A stretch of 64,000 nucleotides of DNA from Flavobacteriaceae bacterium (lineage in GTDB: Bacteria > Bacteroidota > Bacteroidia > Flavobacteriales > Flavobacteriaceae). The notes under the pieces were generated by a model that had not been told where the DNA came from, ran no database searches, and worked only from the letters and a program-made list of their open reading frames with translations. The stretch covers positions 145,536-209,535 of the forward strand of contig JABABD010000020.1 in assembly GCA_014238425.1 (NCBI GenBank), written 5' to 3'. Shown in pieces: positions 10,414 through 20,486 of this stretch. A program made the translations under genes and the position numbers. Position 1 is the first letter of the stretch, and each line of letters begins with the position of its first letter.

Positions 10414-11853
10414 TTGAATATGAAAAATCTTAGCAGATTAATGTTCGCTATGTTGCTTCTAATTGGTTTTAGCAACGCTAATGCGCAAGACCAAAACAAT
10501 CCTTGGGCTATCACTTTTGGAGTAAATGCAGTTGATGTATATCCAGTTGGTGAAGACGCTCCTCGAGGAGATTATTTTGATGAGTTTTTTAACGCAAACG
10601 ATCACTGGAATGTCTTACCTTCTTTATCTACACTTAAAGTAGGTAAATACATAGGAGATAATTTCTCATTCAATGCTACTGGATCGATTAACAGAATCGA
10701 GAAAATTGGTGAGACTACAAACAACCCTAGCGTTCAGTTAAATGATGAATTAGCATACTATGCAGTTGATGCCCTTATCAGCTATAGTCTTGCAAATGTT
10801 TTAAACACAAAGAAATTTGAGCCTTACATTGGTGTCGGTGGCGGTTACACTTGGATAGAAGAAGGTGTTGGCTTAAACGACAATGGTGCTGGAGCAAGAT
10901 CTAAATTAGGTTTCGGTACATTAAACGGGGCTGCTGGATTAAACTACTGGTTCTCAGAAAATGTTGGTTTAAACCTTCAAACTAAATACAAGCATGCTTT
11001 TGATGATCAATCAGGAGTTAAACACTTTCAACATAGTGCTGGTATATCTATAAAATTCGGTGGAAAAGACACTGATGGAGATGGTATCTACGATAAAGAT
11101 GATGCTTGTCCTGAAGTTGCAGGTCTTGCAGCATTTAATGGTTGCCCAGATTCTGATGGAGATGGTATCGAAGACAGTAAAGATTCTTGTCCGAACGAAG
11201 CTGGTTTAGCTGAGTTTAATGGTTGCCCAGATTCTGACGGTGATGGTGTTGCTGACAAAAATGATGACTGTCCTACAGTTGCAGGTCTTAAAGCCTTAAA
11301 TGGTTGTCCAGATGCTGACGGTGACGGTGTTGCTGATGGTAAAGATAATTGTCCTAACGAAGCTGGACCAGCTGCAAACAATGGTTGCCCTTGGTCAGAT
11401 AAAGATAAAGATGGTGTTCTTGACAAAGATGATAAATGTCCAGACGAAGCTGGTACTGTAGCAAACAATGGTTGTCCAGAAGTAAAAGCTCCTGATGCAA
11501 CTGTAATTGCAACTTTAAATAACTATGCTAAAACGATTTTGTTCGATACAGGTAAATCTAGCTTTAAGCAAGAAACATATCCTGTTCTTCAAGCAATCAC
11601 AGCTATCTTAAAAGAGTATCCAGAGTCTAACTTTACTATAGAAGGTCACACTGACAGTGTAGGAAGCAAGTCTCTTAACCAAAGATTATCTGATAGCAGA
11701 GCTAACGCTGTAATGGCTTACTTAATTGAGAATGGAATTGGTGCAGCTAGACTTAACGCTTACGGATTTGGTGAAGACTACCCAATCGATAGCAATGCTA
11801 CTAGAAGTGGTAGACAAAACAATAGACGTGTAGAAGTTAAACTTAAGAACTAA
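10414..11853 (+). CDS. OmpA-family outer-membrane protein with thrombospondin type-3 (Ca-binding) repeats
   Basis: Signal peptide, then an N-terminal beta-barrel-like region, six DxDxDGxxDxxDxCP repeats and a C-terminal OmpA domain (FDTGKSSF...NRRVEV). Confidence 0.8.
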   Translation: MNMKNLSRLMFAMLLLIGFSNANAQDQNNPWAITFGVNAVDVYPVGEDAPRGDYFDEFFNANDHWNVLPSLSTLKVGKYIGDNFSFNATGSINRIEKIGETTNNPSVQLNDELAYYAVDALISYSLANVLNTKKFEPYIGVGGGYTWIEEGVGLNDNGAGARSKLGFGTLNGAAGLNYWFSENVGLNLQTKYKHAFDDQSGVKHFQHSAGISIKFGGKDTDGDGIYDKDDACPEVAGLAAFNGCPDSDGDGIEDSKDSCPNEAGLAEFNGCPDSDGDGVADKNDDCPTVAGLKALNGCPDADGDGVADGKDNCPNEAGPAANNGCPWSDKDKDGVLDKDDKCPDEAGTVANNGCPEVKAPDATVIATLNNYAKTILFDTGKSSFKQETYPVLQAITAILKEYPESNFTIEGHTDSVGSKSLNQRLSDSRANAVMAYLIENGIGAARLNAYGFGEDYPIDSNATRSGRQNNRRVEVKLKN

Positions 11854-11886
11854 TTACTTAGGTAAAAACTTTAATAAATAAGTTAG

Positions 11887-11917
11887 AAAACGCTCCGATA
11901 ATCGGAGCGTTTTTTAT
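11887..11917 (+). terminator. Intrinsic terminator
   Basis: AAAACGCTCCGATAATCGGAGCGTTTTTT, a perfect hairpin followed by a T-run. Confidence 0.7.
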
Positions 11918-11926
11918 TTTTATATA

Positions 11927-14686
11927 ATGATAGGAACTTTCATTGATGACGTATTAGTAGATTTACTAGAAACCAATATCGATGTTTCCAAATTAACCTT
12001 TGTCTTACCTAGTAAGAGAGCTGGTAATTTCTTGAAAAATGCATTGTCTCACCTAACTGAAGACACCTTTTTCTCTCCAGAGATTCTTAGTATAGAAGAA
12101 CTTATACAAAACATTTCTTTATTAAAGAATATCCCTAATACCGAATTACTCTTTGAATTATATAACACATATACAGAAATAACTGTCGAGGAGCAAATTG
12201 ATGATTTTGATAGTTTTTGCAAATGGGCCCAAATCATCATACAAGATTTTAATGAAATAGACAGGTATTTAATTCCGCAAAAAGAAATACTTAACTACTT
12301 AAGCGCAATTAAAGACCTGGATCATTGGTCCCTAAGTAATAATAAAACTGAGCTAGTCTCCAACTATCTATCCTTTTTTGGGAGGCTTCAACTCTATTAT
12401 GAAAAATTTTCAGAAAAACTTATTTCCAAAGGTTACGGATATCAAGGGCTTATGTATCGTGAAGCCGTAGATAAATTAGAATTGTATATACAACACAATC
12501 AAAGTAAACAACACGTGTTCTTGGGTTTTAATGCACTTAACACAGCAGAAAAGAATATAATTCAAGAACTATTACATCAAAACAAAGCCCGTGTTTATTG
12601 GGATATAGACTCTCACTTTCTTGATTTAGAACATCATGACACAAGCTTGTTTATTCGACAGCATAAGCAATGGAAATACTTTCAAAATCATCCTTTTAAA
12701 TGGACCTCTAATTATTATAGCCATAAAAAAAACCTACATGTTATTGGCATTCCAAAAAATGTTGGTCAAGCAAAATATGTTGGCCAATTGTTATCTAAGA
12801 TAAATCATACTAATAATACATTGCTCAAAACTGCTGTGATTTTAGGAGATGAATCTCTATTAACCCCAGTTCTTAACTCAATACCATCAGAAATTAGTCC
12901 AGTTAATGTAACGATGGGTATGCCTTTGCACTTAGCGCCTATGGCTTCTTTATTCGATATGCTTTTTATGTTTCATAAAGGAGAGCAAAAGTCTAAATTA
13001 TATTATAAAGATGTTATTTCCATAACCTCCAATCCTTTTATAGGTTCAATTCTTAATATAAACGATACTGAGAATACGGCATTAGCACATGAGCACATAT
13101 CAAGAAATAATATTACTCGTATTTCTCTAGATAAGTTAAAATCATTGTTCTCTTCTAATAAGTCATTGATAAATGCGCTTTTTTGCAATTGGAATAATAG
13201 TTCAAAATTGGGCCTGGAATACTGCAAAAAAATAATTCATCACATAAAACTAAATCTAGAAAAAGAAAAGCAAGACAACCTTTTATCTTTAGAATATCTT
13301 TTTAAGTTTCATCAGGTCTTTAATCAAATTTCACAACTTCTTACTAGATATAGTTATGCTAAAAGCCTAAAAACCCTTCATTCTCTTTATAAGGAAGTTC
13401 TCTCATCAGAAAGCTTAGATTTTCAAGGTGAACCTTTGCAAGGTCTTCAAATTCTAGGGATGCTAGAATCCCGTGTAATTGATTTTGAAACAGTTATAAT
13501 TACCTCGGTAAACGAAGGCATTCTACCCTCTGGAAAGGGCAATAATTCATTTATTCCTTTTGATGTTAAACTTCAATATGGTTTACCAACATACAAAGAA
13601 AAAGACGCTGTCTATACCTATCATTTCTATCACCTTTTGCAAAGAGCTAAGAACGTATATATTCTCTATAACACTGAAGTTGATGCTCTAAATGGCGGTG
13701 AAAAAAGTCGCTTTATTGCACAATTGGAAACAGAAGGCATCCATAATATCGAGCATTATTATGTGACACCTAAGGCTGAGACACATGAGAAGCAAATGAG
13801 GCATATAAAAAAAAATAACGTCGTTTTAAATAGTCTTAAAGATATCGCATTGAACGGCTTCTCTCCATCGGCTTTAACATCATACATTAGAAATCCAATG
13901 GATTTTTATTATCAAAAAATTCTAGGTATTAACACTTTTGAAAGCGTAGAAGAAAATGTTGCAGCAAATACATTAGGGACTATAATACACAACACACTAG
14001 AGGAATTATATAAGCCTGTTTTAGGTCTTTTCTTAACATTAGATATAATCTCCGAAATGAAGCGCAAAACTGAAGATTTGGTTAACCGTTTCTTTATTAA
14101 CGAGTACAAAGACGGCGATATAAATTCTGGGAAAAATCTCATAAGCTTCGAAATCACTAAACGTTACATTTCAAACTTTCTAAATAAAGAAGTTGAATCT
14201 ATTAAGCAAGGTCGTAGAATTAAAATCATTGCTCTTGAAAAACAACTAAAAGTTCCTATTACAATTCCTGAGCTTGATTTTCCTGTCTATATAAAAGGGA
14301 CTGTTGATAGAGTTGATGAATGTGATGGTGTGACGAGAATTATTGATTACAAAACTGGAAACGTAGTACAAAGCAAAGTAGAGATTGTTGATTGGGAGGA
14401 TATTACAACAGATTACGACAAATACAGTAAGACATTTCAAGTATTAACTTATGCCTACATGATGCATCTTGAAAACCCTAACGAAAACGCTGTTGAAGCT
14501 GGAATTATTTCTTTTAAGAATCTCAAATCCGGATTACTAAAATTCGGTAAAAAAGACACTCTCAGGAGTCGTAAGAAAGATAATTCTATCACCCAAGAAA
14601 CTTTTTCCTTATTCTCAAATGAAATGAAAAAACTCATTATTGAAATTTGTAATAAAGAAGTTGATTTTATTGAGAAAGAGGTTTAA
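11927..14686 (+). CDS. AddB-like PD-(D/E)XK nuclease family protein
   Basis: 919 aa. The C-terminal DRVDECDGVTRIIDYKTGN is a RecB-family nuclease motif. Its size and position partner it with the UvrD-like protein at 5940. Confidence 0.6.
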   Translation: MIGTFIDDVLVDLLETNIDVSKLTFVLPSKRAGNFLKNALSHLTEDTFFSPEILSIEELIQNISLLKNIPNTELLFELYNTYTEITVEEQIDDFDSFCKWAQIIIQDFNEIDRYLIPQKEILNYLSAIKDLDHWSLSNNKTELVSNYLSFFGRLQLYYEKFSEKLISKGYGYQGLMYREAVDKLELYIQHNQSKQHVFLGFNALNTAEKNIIQELLHQNKARVYWDIDSHFLDLEHHDTSLFIRQHKQWKYFQNHPFKWTSNYYSHKKNLHVIGIPKNVGQAKYVGQLLSKINHTNNTLLKTAVILGDESLLTPVLNSIPSEISPVNVTMGMPLHLAPMASLFDMLFMFHKGEQKSKLYYKDVISITSNPFIGSILNINDTENTALAHEHISRNNITRISLDKLKSLFSSNKSLINALFCNWNNSSKLGLEYCKKIIHHIKLNLEKEKQDNLLSLEYLFKFHQVFNQISQLLTRYSYAKSLKTLHSLYKEVLSSESLDFQGEPLQGLQILGMLESRVIDFETVIITSVNEGILPSGKGNNSFIPFDVKLQYGLPTYKEKDAVYTYHFYHLLQRAKNVYILYNTEVDALNGGEKSRFIAQLETEGIHNIEHYYVTPKAETHEKQMRHIKKNNVVLNSLKDIALNGFSPSALTSYIRNPMDFYYQKILGINTFESVEENVAANTLGTIIHNTLEELYKPVLGLFLTLDIISEMKRKTEDLVNRFFINEYKDGDINSGKNLISFEITKRYISNFLNKEVESIKQGRRIKIIALEKQLKVPITIPELDFPVYIKGTVDRVDECDGVTRIIDYKTGNVVQSKVEIVDWEDITTDYDKYSKTFQVLTYAYMMHLENPNENAVEAGIISFKNLKSGLLKFGKKDTLRSRKKDNSITQETFSLFSNEMKKLIIEICNKEVDFIEKEV

Positions 14687-14688
14687 AA

Positions 14689-14730
14689 AAACCCTTCTTC
14701 ACTCAAAAAAATGAGATTTGAAGGGTTATT
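14689..14730. terminator. Bidirectional intrinsic terminator
   Basis: AACCCTTCTTCACTCAAAAAAATGAGATTTGAAGGGTT sits between convergent ends. Confidence 0.55.
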
Positions 14731-14805
<75 letters not shown>

Positions 14806-14815
14806 AAAAAATAAA

Positions 14816-15613
14816 TTATTTTAATCCGCTCAACACCAAGACAGGTATCTTAACATAAAAATCCTTTTTGAGTATCGTATTTTTCTCCCATTTCTTTGTG
14901 AAAAACCCTCGCTTTCTTCTCACTACACAAATCATATCAGGGTTGTTAGGCTTCAAATACTTTAACATCCCTTGAAACGTAGTCCCTCCATCTGTTTTAG
15001 TCGTTTCATCAGCCATAGAAGAAAGTTCTTCATTCACGTCAAAATCATCATCTTTATGATGGGGTGTTTTCACTAATAACAGATTCACTTTAGATCTGAA
15101 CTTGTTTTTAATATTATGCAATGGTGCTAACACATTCTCCTTTTTTATGAGCGCAGACTTAACGGCCATCATAATAGATTTAGGTTCTTTAAAGATGTAT
15201 CCTTCTGGAACAATTAGAGTTGGAACACTCATTTGCTTAATAATCTTTCCTGAAGTTTTTCCTAAGAACACTTCATCTTTAATAGAGTTTGTTCTAGGTT
15301 CTACTAAAATCAAATCAATATCTGCTGACTTACTTGCTAATTCTAAAGTATCAATTAAGTTCCCTTTAAGCACTCTTGTAATTATTTCTAGGCCTTTTGT
15401 ATCTAATTGAGCGACTTTGTCTTGCAAAAACGACATGCTTTCCTTTTCAAGAATATGATCGATTTTAATCATAGTACCTGCTTTGGTGTATACGTTATAC
15501 ACTTGTACTATAAACAATCTTGCATCAAATGCCTTCGCAAAATCAACCGCATATTGTAAGTGACTGACTGCATTTTTGGAGGAGCCTACAGGAACTAAGA
15601 TATTCTTCATTTT
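14816..15613 (-). CDS. Universal stress protein (tandem UspA domains)
   Basis: Start at MKNILVPVGSSKNAVSHLQYAVDFAKAF. There are two Usp-like halves. Confidence 0.65.
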   Translation of the reverse strand, partial: KMKNILVPVGSSKNAVSHLQYAVDFAKAFDARLFIVQVYNVYTKAGTMIKIDHILEKESMSFLQDKVAQLDTKGLEIITRVLKGNLIDTLELASKSADIDLILVEPRTNSIKDEVFLGKTSGKIIKQMSVPTLIVPEGYIFKEPKSIMMAVKSALIKKENVLAPLHNIKNKFRSKVNLLLVKTPHHKDDDFDVNEELSSMADETTKTDGGTTFQGMLKYLKPNNPDMICVVRRKRGFFTKKWEKNTILKKDFYVKIPVLVLSGLK

Positions 15614-15658
15614 ATTGAATATAAAGTCTAATTTTATGTTGCAAAAATACAGAATTAT

Positions 15659-16159
15659 ATGGTTAGATTGGCTAAAGCTCAAGATATTGATCTTTTGATT
15701 AAGATTACTAAAGCTTGTGCTAAGTATATGATTGATAAAGGTATCTTTCAGTGGAATGAATTTTACCCATCAAAGAATGCATTTGTTCATGATTTAGAAA
15801 GAAATGAACTTTATGTGTTAGAAGTAAAAAACAAAGTTATAGGCTGTATTGTAATTTCTATACATATGGATGAAGAATATTTGCCTATTGATTGGCTGAC
15901 GCTAAACGATAAAAATATTTATATACATCGTGTTGCTATTCATCCAGATTATCAAGGAAAAGGTTATGCGCAACAGTTAATGACTTTTTCAGAAAACTAC
16001 GCAATAGAGAACAACTATGTATCTATAAGATTAGATACCTTTTCGCAGAATGAAAGAAACCAAAAGTTTTACGAACTTCGCGGCTATAAACGTTTAGGCG
16101 ATATTTACTTTCCTAAACAAAGTACGCATCCGTTTTATTGTTACGAACTTGTCCTTTGA
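15659..16159 (+). CDS. GNAT family N-acetyltransferase
   Basis: Motif A region RVAIHPDYQGKGYAQQLM. Confidence 0.7.
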   Translation: MVRLAKAQDIDLLIKITKACAKYMIDKGIFQWNEFYPSKNAFVHDLERNELYVLEVKNKVIGCIVISIHMDEEYLPIDWLTLNDKNIYIHRVAIHPDYQGKGYAQQLMTFSENYAIENNYVSIRLDTFSQNERNQKFYELRGYKRLGDIYFPKQSTHPFYCYELVL

Positions 16160-17490
16160 AAACATCTATCAGTTTAAAACATATTAATAAACTCGCTATT
16201 CCTGCATTAATCTCTGGGGTCTCTGAACCGATTTTGTCTTTAACAGATCTAGCTGTTATTGGAAATATAGATCTAAACGCAACTGAGTCTCTAGGTGCCG
16301 TTGGTATCGTAACCACTTTTATGTCTATGTTAATTTGGGTGCTTGGTCAAACACGTAGTTCCATTTCATCAATAATCTCACAATATCTCGGTGCAAATAA
16401 TTTAGAGGCAGTTAAGAATCTGCCAGCACAGGCCATATTTTTAATTACATCATTAAGTCTTTTAATTATTATAGGCACCTTTCCTTTTGCAGAAAGCATT
16501 TTTAAGCTCTATAATGCTTCTGGCTTGATTTTAGATTATTGCATCGAATATTACAGAATACGTGTTTTTGGTTTTCCTTTTACCCTATTCGTGATAGCCG
16601 TGTTTGGCACGTTCAGGGGCTTGCAAAACACTTATTACCCAATGGTCATAGCTATTGTGGGCACACTTGTCAATGTCCTCTTAGATGTTGTTTTAGTATA
16701 TGGTATTGATGGCGTTATTAATCCTATGAATATTAAAGGAGCCGCCTATGCAAGCGTTATTGCCCAGCTTGTCATGGCAGTTCTCGCCGTGTACTTATTA
16801 GTGACAAAAACTCCTATTCCGTTAAAATTAAGTTTCCCGTTCAATAAAGAAATCAACAAATTTATATTGATGATATTGAATTTATTTGTTAGAACCTTAG
16901 CATTGAATGTTACTTTATACTATGCAAGTTCATTCTCTACAAGTTATGGTGCAGAATATATAGCTGCATATACTATTGCAATTAACCTTTGGTTCTTAGG
17001 TGCTTTTATCATTGACGGTTACGCTAGTGCAGGCAATATTCTTTCTGGAAAATTATTAGGTGCAAAAGAGTATGTTACGCTCATTGCCTTGAGCAATAAA
17101 CTCATAAGATACGGCATAGTGGTTGGTATTATTATTGGCGTATTAGGTGCAACTCTTTACTATCCGCTAGGCACACTATTTACTAACGATCAAGTCGTAT
17201 TAAATCGATTCTACGAAGTGTTTTGGATTGTTCTTATAATGCAACCGTTTTGTGCATTGGCCTTTATTTTTGATGGTATCTTTAAAGGCTTAGGCAAAAT
17301 GAGGTACTTAAGAAACGTATTACTCTTCTCTACTTTCATCATATTCGTGCCATTGGTGTTTTGGTTAGATAGTTTAGATTATAAATTGTATGCTATATTC
17401 ATTGCCATGACCTTTTGGATAATAGCTAGAGGCATCCCGTTAATTATAAAATTCCGTCAACTATTTTTACCGCTAGCCCAAAAGGGCTAA
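16138..17490 (+). CDS. MATE family efflux transporter
   Basis: 12 predicted TM helices and an N-terminal ALISGVSEPILSLTD motif typical of MATE. It overlaps the GNAT gene by 22 nt, so the start is uncertain. Confidence 0.7.
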   Translation: MLRTCPLKTSISLKHINKLAIPALISGVSEPILSLTDLAVIGNIDLNATESLGAVGIVTTFMSMLIWVLGQTRSSISSIISQYLGANNLEAVKNLPAQAIFLITSLSLLIIIGTFPFAESIFKLYNASGLILDYCIEYYRIRVFGFPFTLFVIAVFGTFRGLQNTYYPMVIAIVGTLVNVLLDVVLVYGIDGVINPMNIKGAAYASVIAQLVMAVLAVYLLVTKTPIPLKLSFPFNKEINKFILMILNLFVRTLALNVTLYYASSFSTSYGAEYIAAYTIAINLWFLGAFIIDGYASAGNILSGKLLGAKEYVTLIALSNKLIRYGIVVGIIIGVLGATLYYPLGTLFTNDQVVLNRFYEVFWIVLIMQPFCALAFIFDGIFKGLGKMRYLRNVLLFSTFIIFVPLVFWLDSLDYKLYAIFIAMTFWIIARGIPLIIKFRQLFLPLAQKG

Positions 17491-17511
17491 ATTTACCCAA
17501 AAATATACTCT

Positions 17512-17610
17512 ATGGATATTATGTCTTTTTTAAGTGGAAATGGCCTATTCTTATTGTTAGGCGTGGCAATAGTTGTCATCTATTTCATTAATAGAAACAA
17601 GAAACGATGA
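17512..17610 (+). CDS. Unannotated 32-aa single-TM peptide, translationally coupled to queD
   Basis: ATG..MDIMSFLSGNGLFLLLGVAIVVIYFINRNKKR..TGA. The stop overlaps the ATG of the next gene (ATGA). Confidence 0.3.
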   Translation: MDIMSFLSGNGLFLLLGVAIVVIYFINRNKKR

Positions 17611-18059
17611 ACTCTATTCGTATCACAAAACAATTTTCTTTTGAAACAGGTCATGCCCTTTATGGGTATGATGGTAAGTGCAAGAATGTTCACGGCCATA
17701 GCTATAAATTAAACGTTACTGTTATTGGCGAACCTATTTCTGATAACACCAATGTAAAGTTTGGAATGGTGATAGATTTTAGTGATCTCAAAGAAATTGT
17801 AAAAGAAGAAATTGTAAATGTTTTTGATCACGCTACGGTTTTTAATAAAAACACCCCTCATGTTGAACTTGCCAAAGAGTTAAAAGACAGGGGGCATAAT
17901 GTTCTATTGGTTGATTATCAGCCAACTAGCGAAATGATGGTTATTGATTTTGCAAAAAAAATAAAAGGTCGATTACCATCTACTATTACATTGCATTCAT
18001 TAAAACTTCAAGAAACGGCGACTTCTTTTGCTGAGTGGTTTGCCTCTGATAATGACTAA
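17607..18059 (+). CDS. queD: 6-carboxy-5,6,7,8-tetrahydropterin synthase (QueD/PTPS family)
   Basis: FSFETGHALYGYDGKCKNVHGHSY is the PTPS zinc-binding motif. Confidence 0.75.
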   Translation: MNSIRITKQFSFETGHALYGYDGKCKNVHGHSYKLNVTVIGEPISDNTNVKFGMVIDFSDLKEIVKEEIVNVFDHATVFNKNTPHVELAKELKDRGHNVLLVDYQPTSEMMVIDFAKKIKGRLPSTITLHSLKLQETATSFAEWFASDND

Positions 18060-18822
18060 TCAATATCACATATCAATCCCTTCAGGTAAAAAAATATACT
18101 TTGCTTCCGACAATCACTTAGGAGCGCCTACGCATGAAGCTTCTCTTCCTCGAGAAAAAAAATTCGTAGCATGGCTAGATGAGATAAAACAAGATGCCGC
18201 GGCAATCTTCCTTTTAGGAGATTTATTTGACTTTTGGTTTGAGTATAAATCTGTAGTGCCAAAAGGGTTTACAAGAACCTTAGGAAAGTTAGCAGAAATT
18301 ACAGATTCTGGAATTCCTGTTCATTATTTTGTTGGCAATCATGACCTCTGGATGAATGGTTATTTTGAAGAAGAACTCAACATTCCTGTGTTTCACGAAC
18401 CTAAAGAGTACACATTTAATACCACCTCTTTTTTTATAGGTCATGGTGATGGATTGGGGCCTGGCGACAGAGGTTATAAACGGATGAAAAAGGTGTTTAC
18501 TAATCCATTTTCTAAATGGCTTTATAGATGGCTGCACCCAGACTTGGGTGTTAGATTAGCACAATATTTTTCTGTTAAGAATAAGCTTATTTCTGGTGAT
18601 GAAGACATAAAATTCCTTGGCGAAGATAATGAATGGTTAGTGCAATATGCCAAAGCGAAACTCGAGGACAAACATCGTGATTACTTTGTGTTTGGCCATA
18701 GACACCTGCCTCTAGAAATAGATTTAGAAAACAACTCTAAGTACATCAATTTAGGCGATTGGATTTCCTATTATACCTATGGTGTATTTGATGGACAGCA
18801 ATTTGAATTAAAAAAATATTAA
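18052..18822 (+). CDS. lpxH: UDP-2,3-diacylglucosamine diphosphatase-like calcineurin-type phosphoesterase
   Basis: The motifs D..H, GDLFDFW, GNHD and GH/RH fit the LpxH family. I chose the start at MTNQYHISI. Confidence 0.65.
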   Translation: MTNQYHISIPSGKKIYFASDNHLGAPTHEASLPREKKFVAWLDEIKQDAAAIFLLGDLFDFWFEYKSVVPKGFTRTLGKLAEITDSGIPVHYFVGNHDLWMNGYFEEELNIPVFHEPKEYTFNTTSFFIGHGDGLGPGDRGYKRMKKVFTNPFSKWLYRWLHPDLGVRLAQYFSVKNKLISGDEDIKFLGEDNEWLVQYAKAKLEDKHRDYFVFGHRHLPLEIDLENNSKYINLGDWISYYTYGVFDGQQFELKKY

Positions 18823-18826
18823 CTAA

Positions 18827-19759
18827 ATGCGGTCTTTTTGCCTGCTAGTAATAACCATTACTTTAGTATCTTCATGCAGACCTTATAAGTTAATGCGAAT
18901 GAATTCCAATCAAATTATTTATAAAGACTTTCGAGCTACTCAAAAAAAATTTCTTTCTAAAGATGGTGCTATAAAGTATATTGATAAGGGTAAAGGTGAG
19001 GTAATATTGCTATTGCATGGTGTTCCAACTTCGTCTTGGTTATATCGCAAAATGATAGATGAATTGGCGCAAAATTATCGCGTAATTGCTCCAGATATGC
19101 TTGGTTTTGGAAGTAGTGATTCTCCGAAAGGTTACGATATCTATTCAGAAGAAAATCATGCGCAGCGGATTTTAGATTTAATGAATTCTTTACAAATTAA
19201 TTCTTGGATCCATGTAATGCATGATGCTGGTGGGTTATGGACATGGGAACTACTTGAGAGAGAACCAAAACGCGTCAGTAAATTAATTGTTTTAAACAGT
19301 ATCATATATGAAGATGGCTTTAATCCGCCTATTCGATTTAAGGAAGGGCTTTTGGCAAGAACAGCCATGTGGAGTTACCGCAATGGCATTACAACAAACA
19401 TGATGCTAAAAGGCCTTTTTAAAACAGGTTTAACTGACAACCAACTTAACAAAGAAGATGTTCAAGGCTATAAAAAACCATTAAGAGAAGGGAAAACTCG
19501 TGCTATGTATTATTTCTTCACACAGACTTGTAAAGGTTTACCTGATTACACAGAAATGATACGAAAAATCAATCTTCCTACAATAGTCATTTGGGGAAAG
19601 AATGATTCGTTTTTAGAATGGGAGCCTCAGAAAAAACGTGTGATTTCTGATTTGAACATCCATCCTAAAAACATACATCTTATAGATGCCAAGCACTTTA
19701 TTCAAGAAGAAAAACCTAGAGAAATTAATACATTCATATTAAATTTCTTGAAAGATTAG
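18827..19759 (+). CDS. Alpha/beta hydrolase (lipoprotein signal)
   Basis: HGVPTSSWLYR and the nucleophile elbow around HDAGG fit a haloalkane-dehalogenase-like fold. Confidence 0.7.
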   Translation: MRSFCLLVITITLVSSCRPYKLMRMNSNQIIYKDFRATQKKFLSKDGAIKYIDKGKGEVILLLHGVPTSSWLYRKMIDELAQNYRVIAPDMLGFGSSDSPKGYDIYSEENHAQRILDLMNSLQINSWIHVMHDAGGLWTWELLEREPKRVSKLIVLNSIIYEDGFNPPIRFKEGLLARTAMWSYRNGITTNMMLKGLFKTGLTDNQLNKEDVQGYKKPLREGKTRAMYYFFTQTCKGLPDYTEMIRKINLPTIVIWGKNDSFLEWEPQKKRVISDLNIHPKNIHLIDAKHFIQEEKPREINTFILNFLKD

Positions 19760-19765
19760 GGATTT

Positions 19766-20419
19766 TTATTCCAATAATTTATCAAGTGTGAATACATCCA
19801 ACTTCCCATCTGGATAAAGACCTTGTTTGGTTTCAAAGGCCATTAATGCTTCAGTAGTAATATTTCTAAACACACCATCTAACGGAATGTCATGTCCTTT
19901 ATCTATCAAGAGTCTTTGAATTTCGTAAACAAATGCACTTTGATCTCCAAGTTTAATTCCATTCGAAGCAGAATTGAACATTTTTAACAATTTGGCTTTG
20001 TGTTCTTCCCTCAGTTTTTCCTGAACTGTGATACCTTCTTGCTCATATAGTACGAGATCCTGGCTTGTCATACCTTCAGCTCTTAGTTTTGATGCTTTAA
20101 GTAACTGATCTTCATAGAACTTTACATTAGCTAATTTCTTAGTGTAAATCCGCGATGCTTCTTGCGATTCTTTATTATCGTCTTCTGGAGACCTTACATC
20201 AATGTCATTAGCGCTCCATTGCGTTATGACATAATTATTCAGTGCTTCCACGGCTTCATAATAGTCCAATAAAAAAGCTTTATTATGATAGTCTAAGTCA
20301 ATGTTATCATTCACTTTATATTCATAATTTTCAAGTGTAAAGCGCTTGTATTGTTTGTATTGTCCATACCCGATTATAAGGGCAATAATGACTAGTAAAA
20401 AAATAATGATTTGTTTCAT
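19766..20419 (-). CDS. Membrane-anchored protein with a C-terminal peptidoglycan-binding domain
   Basis: N-terminal TM helix. The C-terminal VYEIQRLLIDKGHDIPLDGVFRNITTEALMAFETKQGLYPDGKLD resembles PG_binding_1. Confidence 0.5.
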   Translation of the reverse strand: MKQIIIFLLVIIALIIGYGQYKQYKRFTLENYEYKVNDNIDLDYHNKAFLLDYYEAVEALNNYVITQWSANDIDVRSPEDDNKESQEASRIYTKKLANVKFYEDQLLKASKLRAEGMTSQDLVLYEQEGITVQEKLREEHKAKLLKMFNSASNGIKLGDQSAFVYEIQRLLIDKGHDIPLDGVFRNITTEALMAFETKQGLYPDGKLDVFTLDKLLE

Positions 20420-20486
20420 TGGTGTGCAAGTTGATTAGTATAAAGATACATAAAAGCTAAATGGTGCATTAAAAAAGATTTTGTAT

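Noticed and set aside
11088-11468. 126-aa Ser/Pro-rich ORF on the minus strand inside the OmpA/TSP3 gene
   Set aside because: It is the mirror image of the codon-periodic TSP3 repeats and has no independent support.
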